Below are positions 1 to 14,699 of a stretch of DNA of 64,000 bases, in pieces. The stretch's first letter is position 1. Each line of letters opens with the position of its first letter. The notes below the pieces were generated by a model, which was given only the letters and a program-made list of their open reading frames with translations, made no database searches and was not told the DNA's origin. The stretch covers positions 23,994,001 through 24,058,000 of the forward strand of contig OZ024759.1 in the NCBI GenBank assembly GCA_964016885.1, written 5' to 3'. Made by a program: the position numbers and the translations under genes. The DNA comes from Eledone cirrhosa. Taxonomy: Eukaryota.

Positions 1-25
1 CTCTCTACCACTTTTTGAGTAATCC

Positions 26-46
26 CTTGCTTGTCTTTCAAGCAAG
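26..46. other. Perfect 8-bp inverted repeat CTTGCTTG-tcttt-CAAGCAAG (first copy; recurs in nearly every monomer)
   Basis: Positions 26-33 CTTGCTTG are the reverse complement of 39-46 CAAGCAAG, with a 5-nt loop. Confidence 0.9.
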
Positions 47-3000
47 TTGGTCTTTGCTCCTATGGACGTATAAACCTTTACACTATCTCATAACCATTCC
101 TATATTCGTCTTTCCAAAACATATGCTTTAACACTTTGAGCCCAGTTTACTTCGATATATCCCTATATATCTCTATTTTCCTTTTAACGGAAAACACCAT
201 GCTGTCTGGCTCACTCTCTCCCTTATCTACCTCATGCGATCTACCTCTTTTTGAGTAATCCCTTGCTTGTCTTTCAAGCAAGTTGGTCTTTACTCCTATG
301 GACGTATAAACTTTTACACTATCTCATAACCATTCCTATATTCGTCTTTCCAAGTCATGTGCTTTAACACTTTGAGCCCAGTTTACTTCGATATATCCCT
401 ATATATCTCTATTTCCCTTTTAACGGAAAACACCATGCTGTCTGGCTATCTCTCACCCAATCTACCTCATACTCTCTACCTCTTTTTGAGTAATCCCTTG
501 CTTGTCTTTCAAGCAAGTTGGTCTTTACTCCTATGGACATATAAACCTTTACACTATCTCATAACCATTCCTATATTCGTCTTTCCAAGTCATGTGCTTT
601 CACACTTTGAGCCCAGTTTACTTCGATATATCCCTATATATCTCTATTTCCCTTTTAACGGAAAACACCTTGCTATCTGGCTATCTCTCTCCCAATCTAC
701 CTCATACTCTCTACCTCTTTTTGAGTAATCCCTTGCTTGTCTTTCAAGCAAGTTGGTCTTTACTCCTATGGACGTATAAACCTTTACACTATCTCATAAC
801 CATTCCTATATTCGTCTTTCCAAGTCATGTGCTTTCACACTTTGAGCCCAGTTTACTTCGATATATCTCTATATATCTCTATTTTCCTTTTAACGGAAAA
901 CACCATGCTGTCTGGCTATCTCTCTCCCAATCTACCTCATACTCTCTACCACTTTTTGAGTAATCCCTTGCTTGTCTTTCAAGCAAGTTGGTCTTTGCTC
1001 CTATGGACGTATAAACCTTTACACTATCTCATAACCATTCCTATATTCGTCTTTCCAAAACATGTGCTTTAACACTTTGAGCCCAGTTTACTTCGATATA
1101 TCCCTATATATCTCTATTTTCCTTTTAACGGAAAACACCATGCTGTCTGGCTCTCTCTCTCCCTCATCTACCTCATGCGATCTACCTCTTTTTGAGTAAT
1201 TCCTTGCTTGTCTTTCAAGCAAGTTGGTCATTACTCCTATGGACGTATAAACCTTTACGCTATCTCATAACCACTCCTATATTCGTCTTTCCAAGTCATG
1301 TGCTTTAACACTTTGAGCCCAGTTTACTTCGATATATCCCTATATATCTCTATTTTCCTTTTAACGGAAAACACCTTGCTGTCTGGCTATCTCTCTCCCA
1401 ATCTACCTCATACTCTCTACCCCTTTTTGAGTAATCCCTTGCTTGTTTTTCAAGCAAGTTGGTCTTTACTCCTATGGACGTATAAACCTTTACACTATCT
1501 CATAACCATTCCTATATTCGTCTTTCCAAAACATGTGCTTTAACACTTTGAGCCCAGTTTACTTCGATATATCTCTATATATCTCTATCTTCCTTTTTAC
1601 GGAAAACACCATGCTGTCTGGCTATCTCTCACCCAATCTACCTCATACTCTCTACCTCTTTTTGAGTAATCCCTTGCTTGTCTTTCAAGCAAGTTGGTCT
1701 TTACTCCTATGGACGTATAAACCTTTACACTATCTCATAACCATTCCTATATTCGTCTTTCCAAGTCATGTGCTTTCACACTTTGAGCCCAGTTTACTTC
1801 GATATATCTCTATATATCTCTATTTTCCTTTTAACGGAAAACACCATGCTGTCTGGCTATCTCTCTCCCAATCTACCTCATACTCTCTACCACTTTTTGA
1901 GTAATCCCTTGCTTGTCTTTCAAGCAAGTTGGTCTTTGCTCCTATGGACGTATAAACCTTTACACTATCTCATAACCATTCCTATATTCGTCTTTCCAAG
2001 TCATGTGCTTTCACACTTTGAGCCCAGTTTACTTCGATATATCTCTATATATCTCTATTTTCCTTTTAACGGAAAACACCATGCTGTCTGGCTATCTCTC
2101 TCCCAATCTACCTCATACTCTCTACCACTTTTTGAGTAATCCCTTGCTTGTCTTTCAAGCAAGTTGGTCTTTGCTCCTATGGACGTATAAACCTTTACAC
2201 TATCTCATAACCATTCCTATATTCGTCTTTCCAAAACATGTGCTTTAACACTTTGAGCCCAGTTTACTTCGATATATCCCTATATATCTCTATTTTCCTT
2301 TTAACGGAAAACACCATGCTGTCTGGCTATCTCTCTCCCTTATCTACCTCATGCGATCTACCTCTTTTTGAGTAATCCCTTGCTTGTCTTTCAAGCAAGT
2401 TGGTCTTTACTCCTATGGACGTATAAACTTTTACACTATCTCATAACCATTCCTATATTCGTCTTTCCAAGTCATGTGCTTTCACACTTTGAGCCCAGTT
2501 TACTTCGATATATCTCTATATATCTCTATCTTCCTTTTAACGGAAAACACCATGCTGTCTGGCTATCTCTCACCCAATCTACCTCATACTCTCTACCTCT
2601 TTTTGAGTAATCCCTTGCTTGTCTTTCAAGCAAGTTGGTCTTTGCTCCTATGGACGTATAAACCTTTACACTATCTCATAATCATTCCTATATTCGTCTT
2701 TCCAAGTCATGTGCTTTCACACTTTGAGCCCAGTTTACTTCGATATATCTCTATATATCTCTATTTTCCTTTTAACGGAAAACACCATGCTGTCTGGCTA
2801 TCTCTCTCCCAATCTACCTCATACTCTCTACCTCTTTTTGAGTAATCCCTTGCTTGTCTTTCAAGCAAGTTGGTCTTTACTCCTATGGACGTATAAACCT
2901 TTACACTATATCATAACCATTCCTATATTCGTCTTTCCAAGTCATGTGCTTTCACACTTTGAGCCCAGTTTACTTCGATATATCTCTATATATCTCTATT

Positions 3001-4826
3001 TTCCTTTTAACGGAAAACACCATGCTGTCTGGCTATCTCTCTCCCAATCTACCTCATACTCTCTACCACTTTTTGAGTAATCCCTTGCTTGTCTTTCAAG
3101 CAAGTTGGTCTTTGCTCCTATGGACGTATAAACCTTTACACTATCTCATAACCATTCCTATATTCGTCTTTCCAAAACATATGCTTTAACACTTTGAGCC
3201 CAGTTTACTTCGATATATCCCTATATATCTCTATTTTCCTTTTAACGGAAAACACCATGCTGTCTGGCTATCTCTCTCCCTTATCTACCTCATGCGATCT
3301 ACCTCTTTTTGAGTAATTCCTTGCTTGTCTTTCAAGCAAGTTGGTCATTACTCCTATGGACGTATAAACCTTTACGCTATCTCATAACCACTCCTATATT
3401 CGTCTTTCCAAGTCATGTGCTTTAACACTTTGAGCCCAGTTTACTTCGATATATCTCTATATATCTCTATCTTCCTTTTAACGGAAAACACCATGCTGTC
3501 TGGCTATCTCTCACCCAATCTACCTCATACTCTCTACCTCTTTTTGAGTAATCCCTTGCTTGTCTTTCAAGCAAGTTGGTCTTTACTCCTATGGACATAT
3601 AAACCTTTACACTATCTCATAACCATTCCTATATTCGTCTTTCCAAGTCATGTGCTTTCACACTTTGAGCCCAGTTTACTTCGATATATCTCTATATATC
3701 TCTATTTTCCTTTTAACGGAAAACACCATGCTGTCTGGCTATCTCTCTCCCAATCTACCTCATACTCTCTACCACTTTTTGAGTAATCCCTTGCTTGTCT
3801 TTCAAGCAAGTTGGTCTTTGCTCCTATGGACGTATAAACCTTTACACTATCTCATAACCATTCCTATATTCGTCTTTCCAAAACATGTGCTTTAACACTT
3901 TGAGCCCAGTTTACTTCGATATATCCCTATATATCTCTATTTTCCTTTTAACGGAAAACACCATGCTGTCTGGCTCTCTCTCTCCCTCATCTACCTCATG
4001 CGATCTACCTCTTTTTGAGTAATTCCTTGCTTGTCTTTCAAGCAAGTTGGTCATTACTCCTATGGACGTATAAACCTTTACGCTATCTCATAACCACTCC
4101 TATATTCGTCTTTCCAAGTCATGTGCTTTAACACTTTGAGCCCAGTTTACTTCGATATATCCCTATATATCTCTATTTTCCTTTTAACGGAAAACACCTT
4201 GCTGTCTGGCTATCTCTCTCCCAATCTACCTCATACTCTCTACCCCTTTTTGAGTAATCCCTTGCTTGTTTTTCAAGCAAGTTGGTCTTTACCCCTATGG
4301 ACGTATAAACCTTTACACTATCTCATAACCATTCCTATATTCGTCTTTCCAAAACATGTGCTTTAACACTTTGAGCCCAGTTTACTTCGATATATCTCTA
4401 TATATCTCTATTTTCCTTTTAACGGAAAACACCATGCTGTCTGGCTATCTCTCTCCCAATCTACCTCATACTCTCTACCTCTTTTTGAGTAATCCCTTGC
4501 TTGTCTTTCAAGCAAGTTGGTCTTTACTCCTATGGACGTATAAACCTTTACACTATCTCATAACCATTCCTATATTCGTCTTTCCAAAACATGTGCTTTA
4601 ACACTTTGAGCCCAGTTTACTTCGATATATCCCTATATATCTCTATTTTCCTTTTAACGGAAAACACCATGCTGTCTGGCTCACTCTCTCCCTTATCTAC
4701 CTCATGCGATCTACCTCTTTTTGAGTAATCCCTTGCTTGTCTTTCAAGCAAGTTGGTCTTTACTCCTATGGACGTATAAACTTTTACACTATCTCATAAC
4801 CATTCCTATATTCGTCTTTCCAAGTC

Positions 4827-7800
4827 ATGTGCTTTCACACTTTGAGCCCAGTTTACTTCGATATATCTCTATATATCTCTATCTTCCTTTTAACGGAAAA
4901 CACCATGCTGTCTGGCTATCTCTCACCCAATCTACCTCATACTCTCTACCTCTTTTTGAGTAATCCCTTGCTTGTCTTTCAAGCAAGTTGGTCTTTGCTC
5001 CTATGGACGTATAAACCTTTACACTATCTCATAATCATTCCTATATTCGTCTTTCCAAGTCATGTGCTTTCACACTTTGAGCCCAGTTTACTTCGATATA
5101 TCTCTATATATCTCTATTTTCCTTTTAACGGAAAACACCATGCTGTCTGGCTATCTCTCTCCCAATCTACCTCATACTCTCTACCTCTTTTTGAGTAATC
5201 CCTTGCTTGTCTTTCAAGCAAGTTGGTCTTTACTCCTATGGACGTATAAACCTTTACACTATATCATAACCATTCCTATATTCGTCTTTCCAAGTCATGT
5301 GCTTTCACACTTTGAGCCCAGTTTACTTCGATATATCTCTATATATCTCTATTTTCCTTTTAACGGAAAACACCATGCTGTCTGGCTATCTCTCTCCCAA
5401 TCTACCTCATACTCTCTACCACTTTTTGAGTAATCCCTTGCTTGTCTTTCAAGCAAGTTGGTCTTTGCTCCTATGGACGTATAAACCTTTACACTATCTC
5501 ATAACCATTCCTATATTCGTCTTTCCAAAACATATGCTTTAACACTTTGAGCCCAGTTTACTTCGATATATCCCTATATATCTCTATTTTCCTTTTAACG
5601 GAAAACACCATGCTGTCTGGCTCACTCTCTCCCTTATCTACCTCATGCGATCTACCTCTTTTTGAGTAATCCCTTGCTTGTCTTTCAAGCAAGTTGGTCT
5701 TTACTCCTATGGACGTATAAACTTTTACACTATCTCATAACCATTCCTATATTCGTCTTTCCAAGTCATGTGCTTTAACACTTTGAGCCCAGTTTACTTC
5801 GATATATCCCTATATATCTCTATTTCCCTTTTAACGGAAAACACCATGCTGTCTGGCTATCTCTCACCCAATCTACCTCATACTCTCTACCTCTTTTTGA
5901 GTAATCCCTTGCTTGTCTTTCAAGCAAGTTGGTCTTTACTCCTATGGACATATAAACCTTTACACTATCTCATAACCATTCCTATATTCGTCTTTCCAAG
6001 TCATGTGCTTTCACACTTTGAGCCCAGTTTACTTCGATATATCCCTATATATCTCTATTTCCCTTTTAACGGAAAACACCTTGCTATCTGGCTATCTCTC
6101 TCCCAATCTACCTCATACTCTCTACCTCTTTTTGAGTAATCCCTTGCTTGTCTTTCAAGCAAGTTGGTCTTTACTCCTATGGACGTATAAACCTTTACAC
6201 TATCTCATAACCATTCCTATATTCGTCTTTCCAAGTCATGTGCTTTCACACTTTGAGCCCAGTTTACTTCGATATATCTCTATATATCTCTATTTTCCTT
6301 TTAACGGAAAACACCATGCTGTCTGGCTATCTCTCTCCCAATCTACCTCATACTCTCTACCACTTTTTGAGTAATCCCTTGCTTGTCTTTCAAGCAAGTT
6401 GGTCTTTGCTCCTATGGACGTATAAACCTTTACACTATCTCATAACCATTCCTATATTCGTCTTTCCAAAACATGTGCTTTAACACTTTGAGCCCAGTTT
6501 ACTTCGATATATCCCTATATATCTCTATTTTCCTTTTAACGGAAAACACCATGCTGTCTGGCTCTCTCTCTCCCTCATCTACCTCATGCGATCTACCTCT
6601 TTTTGAGTAATTCCTTGCTTGTCTTTCAAGCAAGTTGGTCATTACTCCTATGGACGTATAAACCTTTACGCTATCTCATAACCACTCCTATATTCGTCTT
6701 TCCAAGTCATGTGCTTTCACACTTTGAGCCCAGTTTACTTCGATATATCTCTATATATCTCTATCTTCCTTTTAACGGAAAACACCATGCTGTCTGGCTA
6801 TCTCTCACCCAATCTACCTCATACTCTCTACCTCTTTTTGAGTAATCCCTTGCTTGTCTTTCAAGCAAGTTGGTCTTTGCTCCTATGGACGTATAAACCT
6901 TTACACTATCTCATAATCATTCCTATATTCGTCTTTCCAAGTCATGTGCTTTCACACTTTGAGCCCAGTTTACTTCGATATATCTCTATATATCTCTATT
7001 TTCCTTTTAACGGAAAACACCATGCTGTCTGGCTATCTCTCTCCCAATCTACCTCATACTCTCTACCTCTTTTTGAGTAATCCCTTGCTTGTCTTTCAAG
7101 CAAGTTGGTCTTTACTCCTATGGACGTATAAACCTTTACACTATATCATAACCATTCCTATATTCGTCTTTCCAAGTCATGTGCTTTCACACTTTGAGCC
7201 CAGTTTACTTCGATATATCTCTATATATCTCTATTTTCCTTTTAACGGAAAACACCATGCTGTCTGGCTATCTCTCTCCCAATCTACCTCATACTCTCTA
7301 CCACTTTTTGAGTAATCCCTTGCTTGTCTTTCAAGCAAGTTGGTCTTTGCTCCTATGGACGTATAAACCTTTACACTATCTCATAACCATTCCTATATTC
7401 GTCTTTCCAAAACATATGCTTTAACACTTTGAGCCCAGTTTACTTCGATATATCCCTATATATCTCTATTTTCCTTTTAACGGAAAACACCATGCTGTCT
7501 GGCTCACTCTCTCCCTTATCTACCTCATGCGATCTACCTCTTTTTGAGTAATCCCTTGCTTGTCTTTCAAGCAAGTTGGTCTTTACTCCTATGGACGTAT
7601 AAACTTTTACACTATCTCATAACCATTCCTATATTCGTCTTTCCAAGTCATGTGCTTTAACACTTTGAGCCCAGTTTACTTCGATATATCCCTATATATC
7701 TCTATTTCCCTTTTAACGGAAAACACCATGCTGTCTGGCTATCTCTCACCCAATCTACCTCATACTCTCTACCTCTTTTTGAGTAATCCCTTGCTTGTCT

Positions 7801-8597
7801 TTCAAGCAAGTTGGTCTTTACTCCTATGGACATATAAACCTTTACACTATCTCATAACCATTCCTATATTCGTCTTTCCAAGTCATGTGCTTTCACACTT
7901 TGAGCCCAGTTTACTTCGATATATCCCTATATATCTCTATTTCCCTTTTAACGGAAAACACCTTGCTATCTGGCTATCTCTCTCCCAATCTACCTCATAC
8001 TCTCTACCTCTTTTTGAGTAATCCCTTGCTTGTCTTTCAAGCAAGTTGGTCTTTACTCCTATGGACGTATAAACCTTTACACTATCTCATAACCATTCCT
8101 ATATTCGTCTTTCCAAGTCATGTGCTTTCACACTTTGAGCCCAGTTTACTTCGATATATCTCTATATATCTCTATTTTCCTTTTAACGGAAAACACCATG
8201 CTGTCTGGCTATCTCTCTCCCAATCTACCTCATACTCTCTACCACTTTTTGAGTAATCCCTTGCTTGTCTTTCAAGCAAGTTGGTCTTTGCTCCTATGGA
8301 CGTATAAACCTTTACACTATCTCATAACCATTCCTATATTCGTCTTTCCAAAACATGTGCTTTAACACTTTGAGCCCAGTTTACTTCGATATATCCCTAT
8401 ATATCTCTATTTTCCTTTTAACGGAAAACACCATGCTGTCTGGCTCTCTCTCTCCCTCATCTACCTCATGCGATCTACCTCTTTTTGAGTAATTCCTTGC
8501 TTGTCTTTCAAGCAAGTTGGTCATTACTCCTATGGACGTATAAACCTTTACGCTATCTCATAACCACTCCTATATTCGTCTTTCCAAGTCATGTGCT
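4827..8597. repeat. Tandem duplication of an 8-monomer block (1882 bp x2)
   Basis: Rare markers recur at offset 1882: ctatAtcata (ORFs 5062/6944), aaacatAtgc (5297/7179), atttcccttt with ggacAt (5768/7650), ccTtgctAtc (6003/7885). Confidence 0.9.
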
Positions 8598-9529
8598 TTA
8601 ACACTTTGAGCCCAGTTTACTTCGATATATCCCTATATATCTCTATTTTCCTTTTAACGGAAAACACCTTGCTGTCTGGCTATCTCTCTCCCAATCTACC
8701 TCATACTCTCTACCCCTTTTTGAGTAATCCCTTGCTTGTTTTTCAAGCAAGTTGGTCTTTACTCCTATGGACGTATAAACCTTTACACTATCTCATAACC
8801 ATTCCTATATTCGTCTTTCCAAAACATGTGCTTTAACACTTTGAGCCCAGTTTACTTCGATATATCTCTATATATCTCTATCTTCCTTTTAACGGAAAAC
8901 ACCATGCTGTCTGGCTATCTCTCACCCAAACTACCTCATACTCTCTACCTCTTTTTGAGGAATCCCTTGCTTGTCTTTCAAGCAAGTTGGTCTTTACTCC
9001 TATGGACGTATAAACCTTTACACTATCTCATAACCATTCCTATATTCGTCTTTCCAAGTCATGTGCTTTCACACTTTGAGCCCAGTTTATTTCGATATAT
9101 CCCTATATATCTCTATTTTCCTTTTAACGGAAAACACCATGCTGTCTGGCTATCTCTCTCCCAATCTACCTCATACTCTCTACCTCTTTTTGAGTAATCC
9201 CTTGCTTGTCTTTCAAGCAAGTTGGTCTTTACTCCTATGGACGTATAAACCTTTACACTATCTCATAACCATTCCTATATTCGTCTTTCCAAGTCATGTG
9301 CTTTCACACTTTGAGCCCAGTTTACTTCGATATATCTCTATATATCTCTATTTTCCTTTTAACGGAAAACACCATGCTGTCTGGCTATCTCTCTCCCAAT
9401 CTACCTCATACTCTCTACCACTTTTTGAGTAATCCCTTGCTTGTCTTTCAAGCAAGTTGGTCTTTGCTCCTATGGACGTATAAACCTTTACACTATCTCA
9501 TAACCATTCCTATATTCGTCTTTCCAAAA

Positions 9530-9765
9530 CATGTGCTTTAACACTTTGAGCCCAGTTTACTTCGATATATCCCTATATATCTCTATTTTCCTTTTAACGG
9601 AAAACACCATGCTGTCTGGCTCACTCTCTCCCTTATCTACCTCATGCGATCTACCTCTTTTTGAGTAATCCCTTGCTTGTCTTTCAAGCAAGTTGGTCTT
9701 TACTCCTATGGACGTATAAACTTTTACACTATCTCATAACCATTCCTATATTCGTCTTTCCAAGT
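9530..9765 (+). repeat. Representative B1-type monomer (236 bp)
   Basis: Has the linked block ggctCActctctcccTTatctacctcatGCGAtctacc plus aaacTttt. It is 1 bp longer than A and is preceded by ccaaAAcatgtgctttAac. Confidence 0.9.
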
Positions 9766-10235
9766 CATGTGCTTTCACACTTTGAGCCCAGTTTACTTCG
9801 ATATATCTCTATATATCTCTATCTTCCTTTTAACGGAAAACACCATGCTGTCTGGCTATCTCTCACCCAATCTACCTCATACTCTCTACCTCTTTTTGAG
9901 TACTCCCTTGCTTGTCTTTCAAGCAAGTTGGTCTTTACTCCTATGGACGTATAAACCTTTACACTATCTCATAACCATTCCTATATTCGTCTTTCCAAGT
10001 CATGTGCTTTCACACTTTGAGCCCAGTTTACTTCGATATATCCCTATATATCTCTATTTTCCTTTTAACGGAAAACACCATGCTGTCTGGCTATCTCTCT
10101 TCCAATCTACCTCATACTCTCTACCTCTTTTTGAGTAATCCCTTGCTTGTCTTTCAAGCAAGTTGGTCTTTACTCCTATGGACGTATAAACCTTTACACT
10201 ATCTCATAACCATTCCTATATTCGTCTTTCCAAAA

Positions 10236-10471
10236 CATGTGCTTTAACACTTTGAGCCCAGTTTACTTCGATATATCCCTATATATCTCTATTTTCCTTT
10301 TAACGGAAAACACCATGCTGTCTGGCTCTCTCTCTCCCTTATCTACCTCATGCGATCTACCTCTTTTTGAGTAATTCCTTGCTTGTCTTTCAAGCAAGTT
10401 GGTCATTACTCCTATGGACGTATAAACCTTTACGCTATCTCATAACCACTCCTATATTGGTCTTTCCAAGT
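10236..10471 (+). repeat. Representative B2-type monomer (236 bp, most divergent class)
   Basis: Has the B block plus linked changes gtaatTcc, ggtcAtta, tacGctat, accaCtcc and tattGgtc. It is followed by a monomer with ttgaTccc and caccTtgc. Confidence 0.9.
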
Positions 10472-13400
10472 CATGTGCTTTAACACTTTGATCCCAGTTT
10501 ACTTCGATATATCCCTATATATCTCTATTTTCCTTTTAACGGAAAACACCTTGCTGTCTGGCTATCTCTCTCCCAATCTACCTCATACTCTCTACCTCTT
10601 TTTGAGTAATCCCTTGCTTGTCTTTCAAGCAAGTTGGTCTTTACTCCTATGGACGTATAAACCTTTACACTATCTCATAACCATTCCTATATTCGTCTTT
10701 CCAAAACATGTGCTTTAACACTTTGAGCCCAGTTTACTTCGATATATCTCTATATGTCTCTATCTTCCTTTTAACGGAAAACACCATGCTATCTGGCTAT
10801 CTCTCACCCAATCTACCTCATACTCTCTACCTCTTTTTGAGTAATCCCTTGCTTGTCTTTCAAGCAAGTTGGTCTTTGCTCCTATGGACATATAAACCTT
10901 TACACTATCTCATAATCATTCCTATATTCGTCTTTCCAAGTCATGTGCTTTCACACTTTGAGCCCAGTTTACTTCGATATATCTCTATATATCTCTATTT
11001 TCCTTTTAACGGAAAACACCATGCTGTCTGGCTATCTCTCTCCCAATCTACCTCATACTCTCTACCTCTTTTTGAGTAATCCCTTGCTTGTCTTTCAAGC
11101 AAGTTGGTCTTTACTCCTATGGACGTATAAACCTTTACACTATCTCATAACCATTCCTATATTCGTCTTTCCAAGTCATGTGCTTTCACACTTTGAGCCC
11201 AGTTTACTTCGATATATCTCTATATATCTCTATATTCCTTTTAACGGAAAACACCATGCTGTCTGGCTATCTCTCTCCCAATCTACCTCATACTCTCTAC
11301 CACTTTTTGAGTAATCCCTTGCTTGTCTTTCAAGCAAGTTAGTCTTTGCTCCTATGGACGTATAAACCTTTACACTATCTCATAACCATTCCTATATTCG
11401 TCTTTCCAAAACATGTGCTTTAACACTTTGAGCCCAGTTTACTTCGATATATCCCTATATATCTCTATTTTCCTTTTAACGGAAAACACCATGCTGTCTG
11501 GCTCACTCTCTCCCTTATCTACCTCATGCGATCTACCTCTTTTTGAGTAATCCCTTGCTTGTCTTTCAAGCAAGTTGGTCTTTACTCCTATGGACGTATA
11601 AACTTTTACACTATCTCATAACCATTCCTATATTCGTCTTTCCAAGTCATGTGCTTTCACACTTTGAGCCCAGTTTACTTCGATATATCCCTATATATCT
11701 CTATTTTCCTTTTAACGGAAAACACCATGCTGTCTGGCTATCTCTCTCCCAATCTACCTCATACTCTCTACCTCTTTTTGAGTAATCCCTTGCTTGTCTT
11801 TCAAGCAAGTTGGTCTTTACTCCTATGGACGTATAAACCTTTACACTATCTCATAACCATTCCTATATTCGTCTTTCCAAGTCATGTGCTTTCACACTTT
11901 GAGCCCAGTTTACTTCGATATATCTCTATATATCTCTATTTCCCTTTTAACGGAAAACACCATGCTGTCTGGCTATCTCTCTCCCAATCTACCTCATACT
12001 CTCTACCACTTTTTGAGTAATCCCTTGCTTGTCTTTCAAGCAAGTTGGTCTTTGCTCCTATGGACGTATAAACCTTTACACTATCTCATAACCATTCCTA
12101 TATTCGTCTTTCCAAAACATGTGCTTTAACACTTTGAGCCCAGTTTACTTCGATATATCCCTATATATCTCTATTTTCCTTTTAACGTAAAACACCATGC
12201 TGTCTGGCTCACTCTCTCCCTTATCTACCTCATGCGATCTACCTCTTTTTGAGTAATCCCTTGCTTGTCTTTCAAGCAAGTTGGTCTTTACTCCTATGGA
12301 CGTATAAACTTTTACACTATCTCATAACCATTCCTATATTCGTCTTTCCAAGTCATGTGCTTTCACACTTTGAGCCCAGTTTACTTCGATATATCTCTAT
12401 ATATCTCTATCTTCCTTTTAACGGAAAACACCATGCTGTCTGGCTATCTCTCACCCAATCTACCTCATACTCTCTACCTCTTTTTGAGTACTCCCTTGCT
12501 TGTCTTTCAAGCAAGTTGGTCTTTACTCCTATGGACGTATAAACCTTTACACTATCTCATAACCATTCCTATATTCGTCTTTCCAAGTCATGTGCTTTCA
12601 CACTTTGAGCCCAGTTTACTTCGATATATCCCTATATATCTCTATTTTCCTTTTAACGGAAAACACCATGCTGTCTGGCTATCTCTCTCCCAATCTACCT
12701 CATACTCTCTACCTCTTTTTGAGTAATCCCTTGCTTGTCTTTCAAGCAAGTTGGTCTTTACTCCTATGGACGTATAAACCTTTACACTATCTCATAACCA
12801 TTCCTATATTCGTCTTTCCAAAACATGTGCTTTAACACTTTGAGCCCAGTTTACTTCGATATATCCCTATATATCTCTATTTTCCTTTTAACGGAAAACA
12901 CCATGCTGTCTGGCTCTCTCTCTCCCTTATCTACCTCATGCGATCTACCTCTTTTTGAGTAATTCCTTGCTTGTCTTTCAAGCAAGTTGGTCATTACTCC
13001 TATGGACGTATAAACCTTTACGCTATCTCATAACCACTCCTATATTGGTCTTTCCAAGTCATGTGCTTTAACACTTTGATCCCAGTTTACTTCGATATAT
13101 CCCTATATATCTCTATTTTCCTTTTAACGGAAAACACCTTGCTGTCTGGCTATCTCTCTCCCAATCTACCTCATACTCTCTACCTCTTTTTGAGTAATCC
13201 CTTGCTTGTCTTTCAAGCAAGTTGGTCTTTACTCCTATGGACGTATAAACCTTTACACTATCTCATAACCATTCCTATATTCGTCTTTCCAAAACATGTG
13301 CTTTAACACTTTGAGCCCAGTTTACTTCGATATATCTCTATATATCTCTATCTTCCTTTTAACGGAAAACACCATGCTGTCTGGCTATCTCTCACCCAAT

Positions 13401-14699
13401 CTACCTCATACTTTCTACCTCTTTTTGAGTAATCCCTTGCTTGTCTTTCAAGCAAGTTGGTCTTTGCTCCTATGGACATATAAACCTTTACACTATCTCA
13501 TAATCATTCCTATATTCGTCTTTCCAAGTCATGTGCTTTCACACTTTGAGCCCAGTTTACTTCGATATATCTCTATATATCTCTATTTTCCTTTTAACGG
13601 AAAACACCATGCTGTCTGGCTATCTCTCTCCCAATCTACCTCATACTCTCTACCTCTTTTTGAGTAATCCCTTGCTTGTCTTTCAAGCAAGTTGGTCTTT
13701 ACTCCTATGGACGTATAAACCTTTACACTATCTCATAACCATTCCTATATTCGTCTTTCCAAGTCATGTGCTTTCACACTTTGAGCCCAGTTTACTTCGA
13801 TATATCTCTATATATCTCTATATTCCTTTTAACGGAAAACACCATGCTGTCTGGCTATCTCTCTCCCAATCTACCTCATACTCTCTACCACTTTTTGAGT
13901 AATCCCTTGCTTGTCTTTCAAGCAAGTTGGTCTTTGCTCCTATGGACGTATAAACCTTTACACTATCTCATAACCATTCCTATATTCGTCTTTACAAAAC
14001 ATGTGCTTTAACACTTTGAGCCCAGTTTACTTCGATATATCCCTATATATCTCTATTTTCCTTTTAACGGAAAACACCATGCTGTCTGGCTCACTCTCTC
14101 CCTTATCTACCTCATGCGATCTACCTCTTTTTGAGTAATCCCTTGCTTGTCTTTCAAGCAAGTTGGTCTTTACTCCTATGGACGTATAAACTTTTACACT
14201 ATCTCATAACCATTCCTATATTCGTCTTTCCAAGTCATGTGCTTTCACACTTTGAGCCCAGTTTACTTCGATATATCTCTATATATCTCTATCTTCCTTT
14301 TAACGGAAAACACCATGCTGTCTGGCTATCTCTCACCCAATCTACCTCATACTCTCTACCTCTTTTTGAGTAATCCCTTGCTTGTCTTTCAAGCAAGTTG
14401 GTCTTTACTCCTATGGACGTATAAACCTTTACACTATCTCATAACCATTCCTATATTCGTCTTCCCAAGTCATGTGCTTTCACACTTTGAGCCCAGTTTA
14501 CTTCGATATATCCCTATATATCTCTATTTTCCTTTTAACGGAAAACACCATGCTGTCTGGCTATCTCTCTCCCAATCTACCTCATACTCTCTACCTCTTT
14601 TTGAGTAATCCCTTGCTTGTCTTTCAAGCAAGTTGGTCTTTACTCCTATGGACGTATAAACCTTTACACTATCTCATAACCATTCCTATATTCGTCTTT

